Shown here: positions 1 through 9,007 of the stretch, in pieces | How positions within the stretch are numbered: the stretch's first letter is position 1 | How the letters are laid out: each line of letters opens with the position of its first letter | Assembly (NCBI GenBank): GCA_028699085.1 | Contig: JAQVVF010000001.1 | Coordinates: forward strand, 103,883-167,882 | DNA length: 64,000 nt | Source: Patescibacteria group bacterium | GTDB taxonomy: Bacteria > Patescibacteriota > JABMPQ01 > JAQVVF01 | Direction: 5' to 3' | Translations under genes and position numbers: made by a program | Notes under the pieces: model-generated | Databases searched by the model: none | What the model was told of the DNA's origin: nothing | What the model saw: only the letters and a program-made list of their open reading frames with translations

Positions 1-172
1 CATTTTTCACAAAAACAGGTTTACAACCCCATTTTGCAGGCATTGCTTTACCGATAAGGTTGTAAGCAACATTACCAAGGCGTTTCGTTTTCCATTCGAT
101 CCCTTGAAATTGATGTGGTTCAATGTTGGTAAAATAGAATTCGTCATCATGCTGTTCAGGATGTTTTCCCAT
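1..172 (-). CDS. hypothetical protein, 5' part only (runs off window start)
   Basis: Minus-strand ATG at 172-170 preceded by GAGGAGG RBS (rc of 173-185); open frame to position 1 (MGKHPEQHDDEFYFTNIEPHQFQGIEWKTKRLGNVAYNLIGKAMPAKWGCKPVFVKN...). Different frame from the 7..204 track ORF, which lacks an RBS. Confidence 0.35.
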   Translation of the reverse strand, partial: MGKHPEQHDDEFYFTNIEPHQFQGIEWKTKRLGNVAYNLIGKAMPAKWGCKPVFVKN

Positions 173-254
173 TCCGTTCCTCCTCTTTCGACCACAAAAG
201 ACATACAACACTATATAATATTAAAGATAAATTGTCAATAATTAATACATACTT

Positions 255-794
255 ATGAAAAAAGGATACGTTATAATTGCAGTCATTATCATCGCCATTA
301 TTTTATTTTTTATTTTAACAAAAATGAACAACAACACAACAATAAACGAAAATCAAAATCAGGAGAATACAAATCAAGAAGATGTTATCGAAAATACAAA
401 TAATAATGTTAATGAATCACAAAAAGTTAATGCAACAAATGAAGTTAGTAATTCAATAGATGGGGTAACTGGATTAAAAACTGAAATTTTGAAAGCAGGA
501 ACAGGAGATAAGCAAGTCAAAGATGGCGATTTAGTATCTGTTCATTACAAAGGTATTTTGGAAAATGGCAAAGAATTTGATTCTAGTTACAAACATAATC
601 AGCCTTTTGAATTTACAGTTGGTGCAGGAGAAGTTATCAAGGGCTGGGATTTAGGTTTGGTTGGAATGAAAGTAGGGGAAAAAAGAAAGCTTACAATTCC
701 TGGCAGCCTAGCATATGGCGAAAGAGGAGCAGGCAATGTTATTCCTCCAAATGCCACATTGATTTTTGAAATTGAATTGCTAGAAATAAAATAA
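255..794 (+). CDS. FKBP-type peptidyl-prolyl cis-trans isomerase with N-terminal membrane anchor and low-complexity N/Q-rich linker
   Basis: C-terminal FKBP domain motifs (GDLVSVHYKGILENGKEFDSSY ... KGWDLGLVGMKVGEKRKLTIP ... LIFEIELL); N-terminal hydrophobic helix. Confidence 0.85.
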   Translation: MKKGYVIIAVIIIAIILFFILTKMNNNTTINENQNQENTNQEDVIENTNNNVNESQKVNATNEVSNSIDGVTGLKTEILKAGTGDKQVKDGDLVSVHYKGILENGKEFDSSYKHNQPFEFTVGAGEVIKGWDLGLVGMKVGEKRKLTIPGSLAYGERGAGNVIPPNATLIFEIELLEIK

Positions 795-898
795 AGTTTG
801 ATTTGACACAAAGATAATTATCTAGTATACTAAATACATAAAATTCTGCTGGATTTTCAGTGGAATTTTTATTTCAACAAAAAATTAATTCAGTTAAA

Positions 899-952
899 TT
901 TGTGGTCCGGCCTTTAGGCCGGAAAGTTCAGGGCTAAAGCCCTGACCACAAA
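899..952 (+). repeat. GC-rich Y-shaped structured intergenic element, copy 1 (candidate small RNA or regulatory structure)
   Basis: Outer stem TTGTGGTC/GACCACAA enclosing two hairpins CGGCC-TTTA-GGCCG and AGGGC-TAAA-GCCCT; lies just upstream of the typA start; second copy at 18905. Confidence 0.55.
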
Positions 953-963
953 TATTTATCATT

Positions 964-2769
964 ATGATTAACATTCGAAATATCGCCATTATTGCTCACG
1001 TAGATCATGGCAAAACAACATTAGTTGATGCTCTTTTGCGTCAATCAAAAACACACTTAAATAAAGAAGTTTCCGAGAAAACATGTATCATGGATAGCAA
1101 TGAATTAGAAAGAGAAAGAGGTATCACGATTTTCTCAAAAAACGCTTCAGTTATTTATAAAGGTACAAAAATTAATATTATTGATACTCCTGGACACGCT
1201 GATTTCGGTGGTGAAGTAGAAAGAGTGTTAAAAATGGCTGATGGCTGTTTGCTTTTAGTTGATGCTAAAGAAGGTCCAATGCCTCAAACAAGATTTGTTT
1301 TGAAAAAGGCATTAGAGATGAAATTAAAAATTATTGTTGTTATTAATAAAATTGACAAGCCATTTGCCAGACCTCAATATGTTTTGGACAAGACTTTTGA
1401 ATTATTCCTAGAATTAGGCGCAGATGATGAATCAGCCGAATTTCCAGTTATCTATGCTTCAGCAAAGCAAGGCAAAGCTGGACTAACGGAAGATTTAGAA
1501 AAAATGACCGATATTTCTCCATTATTTAATGCTGTTTTAGAGCATATCAAAGCTCCAACAGGCAGTAATGAAGAATCATTACAGATGTTAGTTACATCAG
1601 TTAGTGAAGACAATTTCAAAGGCAGAATTGCAGTTGGCAGAATTTATAATGGCCAAATTAAAAATAAACAAGAAGTCATTCAAATCAATCGCGAGGGCAA
1701 ACATATCAAAGCTTGGCTAACAGCATTGATGACTTTTGATGGTCTTGAAAGATGCGAAGTTGATCAAGTAGGTTGTGGCGATATTGTTGCAATTTCAGGA
1801 ATTCCAGATGTCAAGATTGGAGAAACTATCGCTGACCCAGCAAATCCAAAAGCATTACCATTGTTAAGCATTGAAGAGCCAACAATCAAAATGACTTTCA
1901 GCATTAATGATTCTCCATTCGCAGGTAACGAAGGAAAATTTACAACTTCTCGTCAAATTGCCGAGCGCTTACATAAAGAATTAAAAACAGATATGGCTCT
2001 AAGAGTTTTAGATACAACTGAAGGCAATTGGATTGTTTCAGGTCGTGGCGAATTACATTTAGCAATTTTGATCGAAAGGATGAGACGCGAAGGATTTGAA
2101 TTCCAAGTTTCACGTCCTCAGGTAATTTACAAAGAAATTGATGGCCAGAGAATGGCTCCTTATGAAAGGATCTTTATCGAAGCACCAGAAAAATATCAAG
2201 GTACAATTATCCAAAAATTAGGCAGCCGTCATGCAGAATTAGTTGATATGAGAATTGATAATGGAATTGTATATTTAGAATTTACTATTCCGACAAAAGG
2301 CTTGTTTGGTTATCGCAGTCAATTTAAAACTGACACTCATGGTTTAGGTATTATGAACACTTGTTTCTATAAATATCAGCCCGATAATTTTGATTGGAAA
2401 GAGAGAGATCAAGGCTCATTAATTTCAAATGAAAAAGGCAAGACATGTCATTATGGTCTTACTAATGTTCAAGATCGAGGAGTCATGTTCTTAAATCCTG
2501 GTATTGATGTTTACGAAGGTCAAGTCGTTGGCCAGCATTCCAGATCAAATGACTTAGTTGTCAATGTATGTAAAGAAAAGAAATTATCAAATATGCGTTC
2601 AAAAGGCGAAGGTGTTGCTGTCCATTTTAATGCTCCAAAAATTATGGATTTAGAAGATGCATTAGAATATATTGCAGATGATGAATTAGTCGAAGTTACA
2701 CCTCTAAATATTAGAATTAGAAAAAAATATTTAACTGAAAATGATAGAAGAAGAAATGCGCGTAAATAA
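964..2769 (+). CDS. typA: translational GTPase TypA/BipA
   Basis: N-terminal [23 protein letters not shown]-domain, [13 protein letters not shown] motifs; length ~600 aa and C-terminal region typical of BipA. Confidence 0.9.
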   Translation: MINIRNIAIIAHVDHGKTTLVDALLRQSKTHLNKEVSEKTCIMDSNELERERGITIFSKNASVIYKGTKINIIDTPGHADFGGEVERVLKMADGCLLLVDAKEGPMPQTRFVLKKALEMKLKIIVVINKIDKPFARPQYVLDKTFELFLELGADDESAEFPVIYASAKQGKAGLTEDLEKMTDISPLFNAVLEHIKAPTGSNEESLQMLVTSVSEDNFKGRIAVGRIYNGQIKNKQEVIQINREGKHIKAWLTALMTFDGLERCEVDQVGCGDIVAISGIPDVKIGETIADPANPKALPLLSIEEPTIKMTFSINDSPFAGNEGKFTTSRQIAERLHKELKTDMALRVLDTTEGNWIVSGRGELHLAILIERMRREGFEFQVSRPQVIYKEIDGQRMAPYERIFIEAPEKYQGTIIQKLGSRHAELVDMRIDNGIVYLEFTIPTKGLFGYRSQFKTDTHGLGIMNTCFYKYQPDNFDWKERDQGSLISNEKGKTCHYGLTNVQDRGVMFLNPGIDVYEGQVVGQHSRSNDLVVNVCKEKKLSNMRSKGEGVAVHFNAPKIMDLEDALEYIADDELVEVTPLNIRIRKKYLTENDRRRNARK

Positions 2770-2900
2770 TTTCTAATTTTAAATTTCTAATTATCATTAA
2801 ATTTTCAATAATTAATTTCTAAACAACTGCGGACGGAAAATAGTTTGAAAATTTAAGCATTAGATATTTAATAGAAATTAGTCATTAGAAATTAGAAATT
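2770..2900. repeat. long AT-rich imperfect palindrome (~130 nt) built of AATTTCTAA/TTAGAAATT units; probable bidirectional terminator or intergenic hairpin
   Basis: Left arm aatttctaattttaaatttctaat and right arm attagaaattagtcattagaaattagaaatt are mirror images around a central caactgcggacgg. Confidence 0.45.
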
Positions 2901-3017
2901 CAGAAAATCTATTTACTTTTTTTAATAATACTGTATACTATTTTTAAGCTTACAAGTCGTATAAAACGGCTTGAGGTCGAGTAGGCCGTTTATATCAAAT
3001 TTTAATTACAAAACACG

Positions 3018-3335
3018 ATGTTTAATAACGATAATGGTGCTCCAAGACAAATGGTACAAGGTAACTGGACATGTTCAGATTGCGGAAAAGAAATCACTGA
3101 ATTACCTTTTCAACCATCAGGAGACAGACCAGTACATTGCAAAGAATGTTGGGCAAAAAAGAGATCTGAAGGAAGATCAAACTTCCAAAACAGAGCTCCA
3201 AGACAAATGGTACAAGGAAATTGGGCTTGTTCAGAATGTGGAAAAGAAATCACAGAATTACCTTTTGAACCAAAAGGTGATCGCCCAGTATTATGCAAAG
3301 ATTGCTGGAGAGCAAAAAGACCAGCAAGATTCTAA
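3018..3335 (+). CDS. tandem-duplicated zinc-ribbon protein (two CxxC...CxxC modules)
   Basis: Internal duplication APRQMVQGNW(T/A)CS(D/E)CGKEITELPF(Q/E)P.GDRPV.CK(E/D)CW x2, giving 8 Cys in two ribbon units. The overlapping 2971..3345 frame has no Cys pattern and is judged spurious. Confidence 0.65.
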   Translation: MFNNDNGAPRQMVQGNWTCSDCGKEITELPFQPSGDRPVHCKECWAKKRSEGRSNFQNRAPRQMVQGNWACSECGKEITELPFEPKGDRPVLCKDCWRAKRPARF

Positions 3336-3361
3336 TCGATCTTAAAAAGTCTTTAATAGAT

Positions 3362-3392
3362 AAAGCCGCTGTAAAAGGCGGTTTTATTGTTT
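3362..3392 (+). terminator. rho-independent terminator after zinc-ribbon gene
   Basis: Hairpin aagccgc-tgtaaaag-gcggttt followed by a T run. Confidence 0.6.
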
Positions 3393-3532
3393 TTAAATTT
3401 CAAAAAATTTTATAGTTTAATAATAATTATTATCCACAAGTAAAAACTTCTTTACATCAAAATATCTGTTGCTATAATGCAATTGAACAAATTTCTTCAA
3501 ACAGTTTTGATTTTCGCAAAAATCCAAATCTC

Positions 3533-3561
3533 TTGACAGAAGACAAGGTATTTGCTATACT
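3533..3561 (+). promoter_or_regulatory. sigma70-like promoter (TTGACA-17-TATACT)
   Basis: TTGACA at 3533-3538 and TATACT at 3556-3561 with 17-nt spacer; about 135-nt leader before the ATP-grasp gene. Confidence 0.45.
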
Positions 3562-3695
3562 CATTTATTACTATTTTAATCAAGCAATACCGCTAAATCA
3601 AATGATGCAAAACGATGATGTCCCTCTTCCTGAGGAAAATTATCAAGTAAGCAGAATTTCAATAAATTTAATAGCTACTAACAGAAGTCACTAGT

Positions 3696-4754
3696 TTGAC
3701 TTTTTTATTTTGTAAAAATATGAAAAAGTGTATCGCGTTTTTATATAATGTCAGACATAAATATCCAGATCAAAAAGATTTAAGCACTCATACTGAAATT
3801 GATTTTGATGATCCAATTACAATCAAGACCATGATCAAGCATTTTAAAAATGCTGGTTTTAATGTCTTACCTATTGAGGCTGATGAAAAAGCATATCTCA
3901 AATTATTAAAGAATAAGGAAAAAATTGATTTAGTATTTAATTATTCAGAAGGAAAAAACGGCCAAGATCGCGAGACACATTTGCCTTCAATGTTAGAAAT
4001 GCTTGAAATTCCCTACACTGGTTCAACTCCTTTGACTCAAGCCTTAGCACTAAACAAAGCGAAAGCAAAAGAAATTTTAGTTGCTAATAATGTCCCAACT
4101 CCGATTCATCAATTATTCAAAACAGGTAACGAAAAATTAGATAAAAAATTAAAATTTCCAGTCATTGTAAAACCAATTGGCCAAGGCTCATCTGGTGGCA
4201 TTACTAACAAAAGTGTTGTCTTTAATCAATCTCAGCTAAAAAAACAGATTAATCAAGTTGTTAAAACATATCATCAAGAAGCAATCGTCGAGCCATTTTT
4301 AACTGGTCGCGAATTTTCAGTTGCATTATTAGGCAATCCTCCAAGAATATTGCCAATTATTGAAGCAGATCATAGTAAATTACCAAAAAATTATTTGCCA
4401 ATTGATTCGCTAGAAGTCAAATGGTTTTTTGAAGAACAAGAAGACAAATCCGGCGCTTCCGAACATTTGATCTGTCCAGCCAGAATTCCAAAATCATTAG
4501 AAAACAAAATCCAAGCATTATGTCTAAAGACATGGAATGCTTTAAATATTCGAGACTGGTGTCGTATTGATATTAGGTGCGACTCAAAAAATAATCCTTA
4601 TGTATTAGAAGTAAATTCACCAGCTGGAATGATTCCTCCGGAAATATCAACAACATCCTATTTTTCGCTAGCTGCGAGAGCTGCAGGAATCGATTATGAA
4701 AAATTATTAACACAAATTATTAATACATCCTTACAAAGATATGCAAAAAAGTAA
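3696..4754 (+). CDS. D-alanine--D-alanine ligase family ATP-grasp enzyme (start may be the ATG at 3720, MKKCIAF)
   Basis: Ddl-like motifs: LVFNYSEGKNGQDRETHLPSMLEMLEIPYTGS, FPVIVKPIGQGSSGGIT, EAIVEPFLTGREFSVALLGN, C-terminal EVNSPAGM. Confidence 0.75.
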   Translation: MTFLFCKNMKKCIAFLYNVRHKYPDQKDLSTHTEIDFDDPITIKTMIKHFKNAGFNVLPIEADEKAYLKLLKNKEKIDLVFNYSEGKNGQDRETHLPSMLEMLEIPYTGSTPLTQALALNKAKAKEILVANNVPTPIHQLFKTGNEKLDKKLKFPVIVKPIGQGSSGGITNKSVVFNQSQLKKQINQVVKTYHQEAIVEPFLTGREFSVALLGNPPRILPIIEADHSKLPKNYLPIDSLEVKWFFEEQEDKSGASEHLICPARIPKSLENKIQALCLKTWNALNIRDWCRIDIRCDSKNNPYVLEVNSPAGMIPPEISTTSYFSLAARAAGIDYEKLLTQIINTSLQRYAKK

Positions 4755-5859
4755 CGTAAAACAAAAAAGTAGAGAACAAAAAAATTTGTTCCATGCATCG
4801 CGTGGTCTTAAAGCCATGTTGCCTCATGGAGGTCTGCCTGAAATTATCTCTCCTTACATGGTTGATTTAATTTCCAAAAACGGCGGAGTTGATGGACCAT
4901 TAGGTAAGCAATTTGTTGCCCAGCCTGCAAAAGAAAAAAGATTAGCTAAAACAAACAACCTTGATCCATTATCCGAAGATGAGCATGAAGTTGCTCCTGG
5001 CTTAATTTACAAATATGAAGGTAAATTAAAAAAAGGTAAGGTCCAAACTTTTGGCCGTGTTTTGTGGACAGTCACTAGATTTTGTGCTACCTATTGTCGT
5101 TTTTGTACTCGTGGCCGAGAGATCGGTATACCTGCTGGATCTTGCGGTAAGACAAAAGGTACAATTGCCAATAATGCTTTTTTGACAGACCAACAAATTA
5201 ATGAAGTTTTTAAATTTATAAAAGAGCATAAAGAAATCAACGAAATTATATTATCAGGTGGCGATCCTTTAGTTGCTCCAAAAGATTATTTAATCAAAAT
5301 AATTACTGGCCTTTCCAAATTACAAGAACAAGGCTATCTCGATGTAGTGAGAATTGGATCTCGCTTGCCAATTGTTAATCCAAGTGCTATTCAAGAATGG
5401 CATTATGAATTGCTAGGCAAAATCAAAAATTTAAATTTAATGGTTCACATCAACCATCCTTCAGAACTTACACAACAATCTGTAGATGTTTTGTATAATT
5501 TCAGAAAAAAAAGTTTAGCAACAGTTTTCAGCCAGACAGTGTTGCTAAAAGGCGTTAATGATAATGTTGAAACCTTATATCAATTATTTATCAAAATAGT
5601 AAAAGAGGGAATTAGACCATACTATATGTATCAAAATGATCCAGTCTATTGGGCAAATCATTTCACAGTTCCATTCAAAAGAGCAGTTGCAATTTGGGAG
5701 AAATTAAGACCAAGATTATCCGGTATTGCTGCAACAGCTAGGTTCGTAATTGATACTCCTCATGGTTATGGCAAAATTCCAGTTCCAGAAGGATCTGCAT
5801 GGAAAGTAAACTACAACTCATTCATCGATTTTAAAAAGAAAAAACATATAATCAAATAA
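4741..5859 (+). CDS. KamA-family radical SAM aminomutase (lysine 2,3-aminomutase-like)
   Basis: CATYCRFCTRG radical-SAM Cys triad in KamA-type spacing, GGDPLV motif; 14-nt overlap with upstream ATP-grasp gene suggests translational coupling. Confidence 0.75.
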   Translation: MQKSNVKQKSREQKNLFHASRGLKAMLPHGGLPEIISPYMVDLISKNGGVDGPLGKQFVAQPAKEKRLAKTNNLDPLSEDEHEVAPGLIYKYEGKLKKGKVQTFGRVLWTVTRFCATYCRFCTRGREIGIPAGSCGKTKGTIANNAFLTDQQINEVFKFIKEHKEINEIILSGGDPLVAPKDYLIKIITGLSKLQEQGYLDVVRIGSRLPIVNPSAIQEWHYELLGKIKNLNLMVHINHPSELTQQSVDVLYNFRKKSLATVFSQTVLLKGVNDNVETLYQLFIKIVKEGIRPYYMYQNDPVYWANHFTVPFKRAVAIWEKLRPRLSGIAATARFVIDTPHGYGKIPVPEGSAWKVNYNSFIDFKKKKHIIK

Positions 5860-5865
5860 AATTAA

Positions 5866-5893
5866 AACCGCGCTTCAAACGCGGTTTTTTATT
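5866..5893 (+). terminator. rho-independent terminator
   Basis: aaaaccgcgc-ttcaaa-gcgcggtttttt hairpin plus T run. Confidence 0.7.
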
Positions 5894-5961
5894 TTCTCAA
5901 AAAATATCTTATGTTATAATAAAAATAATAAAAATATAATATAAAATAAAAAATAAAATTT

Positions 5962-6501
5962 ATGAAAACAGGTTCATTATCCCGCTATTCATGGGCGATG
6001 GTTATTAGAGGCGTCATTGCAATTCTTTTTGGCGTTTTGGCATTATTTTGGCCAGACATTACATTAGAATTACTAGTTTTCTTATTTGCATTTTATGCTT
6101 TGTTCGATGGCATTATCGCAATCATTGCTTCTATTAGTTCAATGAAACATCATAAACAATGGTGGGCGTTTTTGCTTGAAGGTCTATTAGGAATTGGCGC
6201 CGGTATTTTTGCTTTAATTCTTCCAGAAGTAACATTATTTGTATTGCTTTATGTTATTGCCGCTTGGGCAATTGTAACAGGATTAATGGAAATAATCGCT
6301 GTCTTTTCATCAGGCTGGGATGAGCCAACAAAATTATTAATTGGTTTAGCTGGGCTTGCCTCAATCATTTTGGGAGTTGTCATGTTCTTATATCCATCCG
6401 GAAGTTTATTAGTCTTATCATGGCTATTAGGAATTTATGCTTTGATATTCGGAATATTATTAATGATGTTCGGCGTACAGATCAAAAAAATAGGTTCATA
6501 A
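5962..6501 (+). CDS. HdeD-family (DUF308) membrane protein
   Basis: Six predicted TM helices; N-terminal SLSRYSWAMVIRGVIAILFGVLALFWP pattern typical of HdeD/DUF308. Confidence 0.6.
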   Translation: MKTGSLSRYSWAMVIRGVIAILFGVLALFWPDITLELLVFLFAFYALFDGIIAIIASISSMKHHKQWWAFLLEGLLGIGAGIFALILPEVTLFVLLYVIAAWAIVTGLMEIIAVFSSGWDEPTKLLIGLAGLASIILGVVMFLYPSGSLLVLSWLLGIYALIFGILLMMFGVQIKKIGS

Positions 6502-6505
6502 AAAT

Positions 6506-7189
6506 ATGCAGGAGAGAATTAAACCACACAAGCTAGTTGATATTTTGAAAGAAAGCGATCTATGGATAAAAAATCTAAAAAATACAGAACGTATTATGGA
6601 TTTTTGTAGCGCAATTTTTGCTTTTTCTGTAACTCTATTGATCATCCAAATTGATGTTCCGATAGAATGGACTGAAGAATCACTTCAAGATGAGTTTAGA
6701 ACAATATGGCCAGGAGTATTAGGCTATTTAATCTGTTTTTATGTTATTATAAAATTTTGGATGAGCCACTTGCACATGTTCAGTTATATAAAGATAATCA
6801 ATAGAAATTTTTTAATATTAATATGTATTTTTCTTTTAACAATTACATTTCTGCCATTTCCGTCAGATATTTTTAGCACTCATTTTAGCAAAATAACAAC
6901 AACTATTATTTTCGCCATTAGTATTGCGCTAGTATCTTTAATGTCATTTTTAGTTTGGATCTATTTGTATTTTCACAAAGAGATGTATTATGAAAATATC
7001 GATAAAAATGTGATTCTCTATAATTCTGTTTTAAATCTAAATATTGCGTTAGGTTTTGGATTATCTGCTATATTCTTATTTTTTTCAAATAATGTTAATC
7101 TTTTTTGGGTAGTTTGTATAGGTGCAATTATTCTACTTAATATTATTGTTAAGCAGATCGCAAAAACATCATGTAAAAATAAATTATAA
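6506..7189 (+). CDS. TMEM175/DUF1211-like membrane protein (putative K+ channel family)
   Basis: RIMDFCSAIFAFSVTLLIIQI resembles the R..FSDAVFAIAITLL signature; polytopic. Confidence 0.5.
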   Translation: MQERIKPHKLVDILKESDLWIKNLKNTERIMDFCSAIFAFSVTLLIIQIDVPIEWTEESLQDEFRTIWPGVLGYLICFYVIIKFWMSHLHMFSYIKIINRNFLILICIFLLTITFLPFPSDIFSTHFSKITTTIIFAISIALVSLMSFLVWIYLYFHKEMYYENIDKNVILYNSVLNLNIALGFGLSAIFLFFSNNVNLFWVVCIGAIILLNIIVKQIAKTSCKNKL

Positions 7190-7196
7190 ATAAATA

Positions 7197-8582
7197 ATGA
7201 AAAAAATTATCATTGGAGCTGTAACGCTCATTAGTTTGTGTATCTGTTCTAATCAAGTATTTGCTTATGATTCTTCTTCTCCGGAAGTAAAAATTTATAA
7301 TGTCAAAAATTTAAGACAGAACAAAGCCTTTTTTGCTTATGACAGGAATTTCAAAGGCGGTGCAAGCGTTGCTTTTGCCAAACTTGATGATAGTAAAAAT
7401 CATTTTTTAATTACTGGCGCAGGCTATGGTGGCGGTCCTCAAGTTAAAATCTTTGACAAATTCGGCAAAGAAAAGTATTCATTCAATGCATTTTCATCTA
7501 ATTTCAAAGGTGGAGTCAATGTTGCAGCTGGCGATTTAAACAAAGACGGCTATGATGAGATAATATGTTCTCAGGCAAGTTCTGGTCAAGCTTGGATAAA
7601 AGTTTATGACAAGACAGGCAAAAAAGTTCTATCAAATTTTTTAGGCTTTCCATCTGGATTTAAGGGAGGAGCAAATATTGCATCTGGTGATATTAATGGC
7701 GACAAAAAAGATGAAATAATAGTTGGCGCAGGATATGGTGGCGGTCCTCAAGTTCGTGTATTCACAAGAAAAGGCAAAGCTTTATTTTCTTCTTATCCTT
7801 TTGCGTATGATTTTCGAGGCGGAGTGAATGTTGCAACTGGTGATGTTGATAATGATTCCAAAGATGAGATAATTGCCAGCCAGGCATCAGAAGGTCAAGC
7901 TTGGGTAAAAGTTTTTAAAGCAAATAAAGATGTTACTGTTTTAGGAAATTTTTTAGCTTATAGCTCAAATTTTAAGGGCGGTGCAACTGTTTCCGGAATC
8001 GATGTCAATAATGACAAAAAAGCAGAAGTAATTACAGGCGCAGGCTTTGGCGGCGGTCCTCAAGTTAAAATTTTTACAGCAACAGGCCATTCATTAGGTA
8101 AAGATTTTTTCGCTTTTGATCAAAATTTTAAGGGTGGAGTCAATGTAGCCAGTGGAAAATTATCAATAACTGGGAATAACAAAATTTCAGTTTCAGTTGC
8201 CAGCTACAAAGGCGAGAGAGGCAATGATTACCAAAAGTATATCGAAGTAGATATTAGCGAACAGTGGTTGAAATATTTTGAAAATGGCAGGAGATTGGGC
8301 TATTCATTAGCCTCAACTGGCAATTATGGCACTGACACTCCGCTTGGAACTTATTTTATATTTTCGAAAAGACTTTCAGTTCGTATGACTGGTCCAGGCT
8401 ATGATCTTCCAGGCGTTCCATACGTGTTAGCATTTTTAGGTCCTTATACAATTCATGGTACATATTGGCATGACAATTTTGGCCATCGTATGAGTCATGG
8501 TTGCGTCAATTTGCCAACACCGTTTGCAGCAGAGGTTTACAATTGGGCAGATATCGGCACTCCAGTAGTAATCCACGAATAA
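7197..8582 (+). CDS. secreted FG-GAP/VCBS-like repeat protein fused to C-terminal L,D-transpeptidase (YkuD) domain
   Basis: Signal peptide; repeats of FKGGxxVAxGDxxxDxxDEIIxGAGxGGGPQVKIF; C-terminal HGTYWHDNFGHRMSHGCVNLP matches the L,D-transpeptidase catalytic His/Cys motif. Confidence 0.75.
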   Translation: MKKIIIGAVTLISLCICSNQVFAYDSSSPEVKIYNVKNLRQNKAFFAYDRNFKGGASVAFAKLDDSKNHFLITGAGYGGGPQVKIFDKFGKEKYSFNAFSSNFKGGVNVAAGDLNKDGYDEIICSQASSGQAWIKVYDKTGKKVLSNFLGFPSGFKGGANIASGDINGDKKDEIIVGAGYGGGPQVRVFTRKGKALFSSYPFAYDFRGGVNVATGDVDNDSKDEIIASQASEGQAWVKVFKANKDVTVLGNFLAYSSNFKGGATVSGIDVNNDKKAEVITGAGFGGGPQVKIFTATGHSLGKDFFAFDQNFKGGVNVASGKLSITGNNKISVSVASYKGERGNDYQKYIEVDISEQWLKYFENGRRLGYSLASTGNYGTDTPLGTYFIFSKRLSVRMTGPGYDLPGVPYVLAFLGPYTIHGTYWHDNFGHRMSHGCVNLPTPFAAEVYNWADIGTPVVIHE

Positions 8583-8583
8583 A

Positions 8584-8712
8584 TTCTAAACTTCAAATAC
8601 TAAATTCTAAATAAACTCAAAATTCAAATTTTCAAAAAACCTCCGAGTTTTGAAAATTAATTTTAAGTTTATTTAGAATTTAGAGTTTAGAATTTAGGAT
8701 TTTAGTTCTGTG
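8584..8712. repeat. long AT-rich imperfect palindrome (~125 nt, arms ~55 nt) after L,D-transpeptidase gene
   Basis: Left ctaaattctaaataaactcaaaattcaaattttcaaaa mirrors right ttttgaaaattaattttaagtttatttagaatttag around central aacctccgag. Confidence 0.5.
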
Positions 8713-8839
8713 TATAACTTAATTTACTTTTAACCCTATTTTTGCTAAGCTTTTATAAGAAAAGAGATTCGAGACAAGTTTATTAATAATTTAATTTTCC
8801 CATCAATTTAAATTAATGAATGGGAAACAGGAGAAAACA

Positions 8840-8983
8840 ATGGAAGCATATTGTGTAAAATGTAAAGCTAAACAAGAAATGGCAGACGCAAAAGAAATCA
8901 AAATGAAAAATGGCAGACCAGCAACAACTGGAAAATGCCCAAAATGTGGAACTAAAATGTTCAGAATCGGAAAAGCTAAATAA
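8840..8983 (+). CDS. small zinc-ribbon protein (47 aa), not in ORF track because <60 aa
   Basis: AGGAGAAAACA RBS then ATG at 8840; MEAYCVKCKAKQEMADAKEIKMKNGRPATTGKCPKCGTKMFRIGKAK with CxxC...CxxC; terminator hairpin agagcgcaaagctctttttt directly downstream. Confidence 0.6.
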   Translation: MEAYCVKCKAKQEMADAKEIKMKNGRPATTGKCPKCGTKMFRIGKAK

Positions 8984-9007
8984 TTTTTCGAAACTGTCGA
9001 TATCAAA

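Noticed and set aside
599-811. 70-aa minus-strand ORF inside the FKBP gene
   Set aside because: Antisense of a well-supported FKBP domain; no start context.
2971-3345. 124-aa alternative frame over the zinc-ribbon gene
   Set aside because: It is open only because of the tandem DNA duplication. It lacks the Cys ligand pattern that makes the 3018 frame interpretable.
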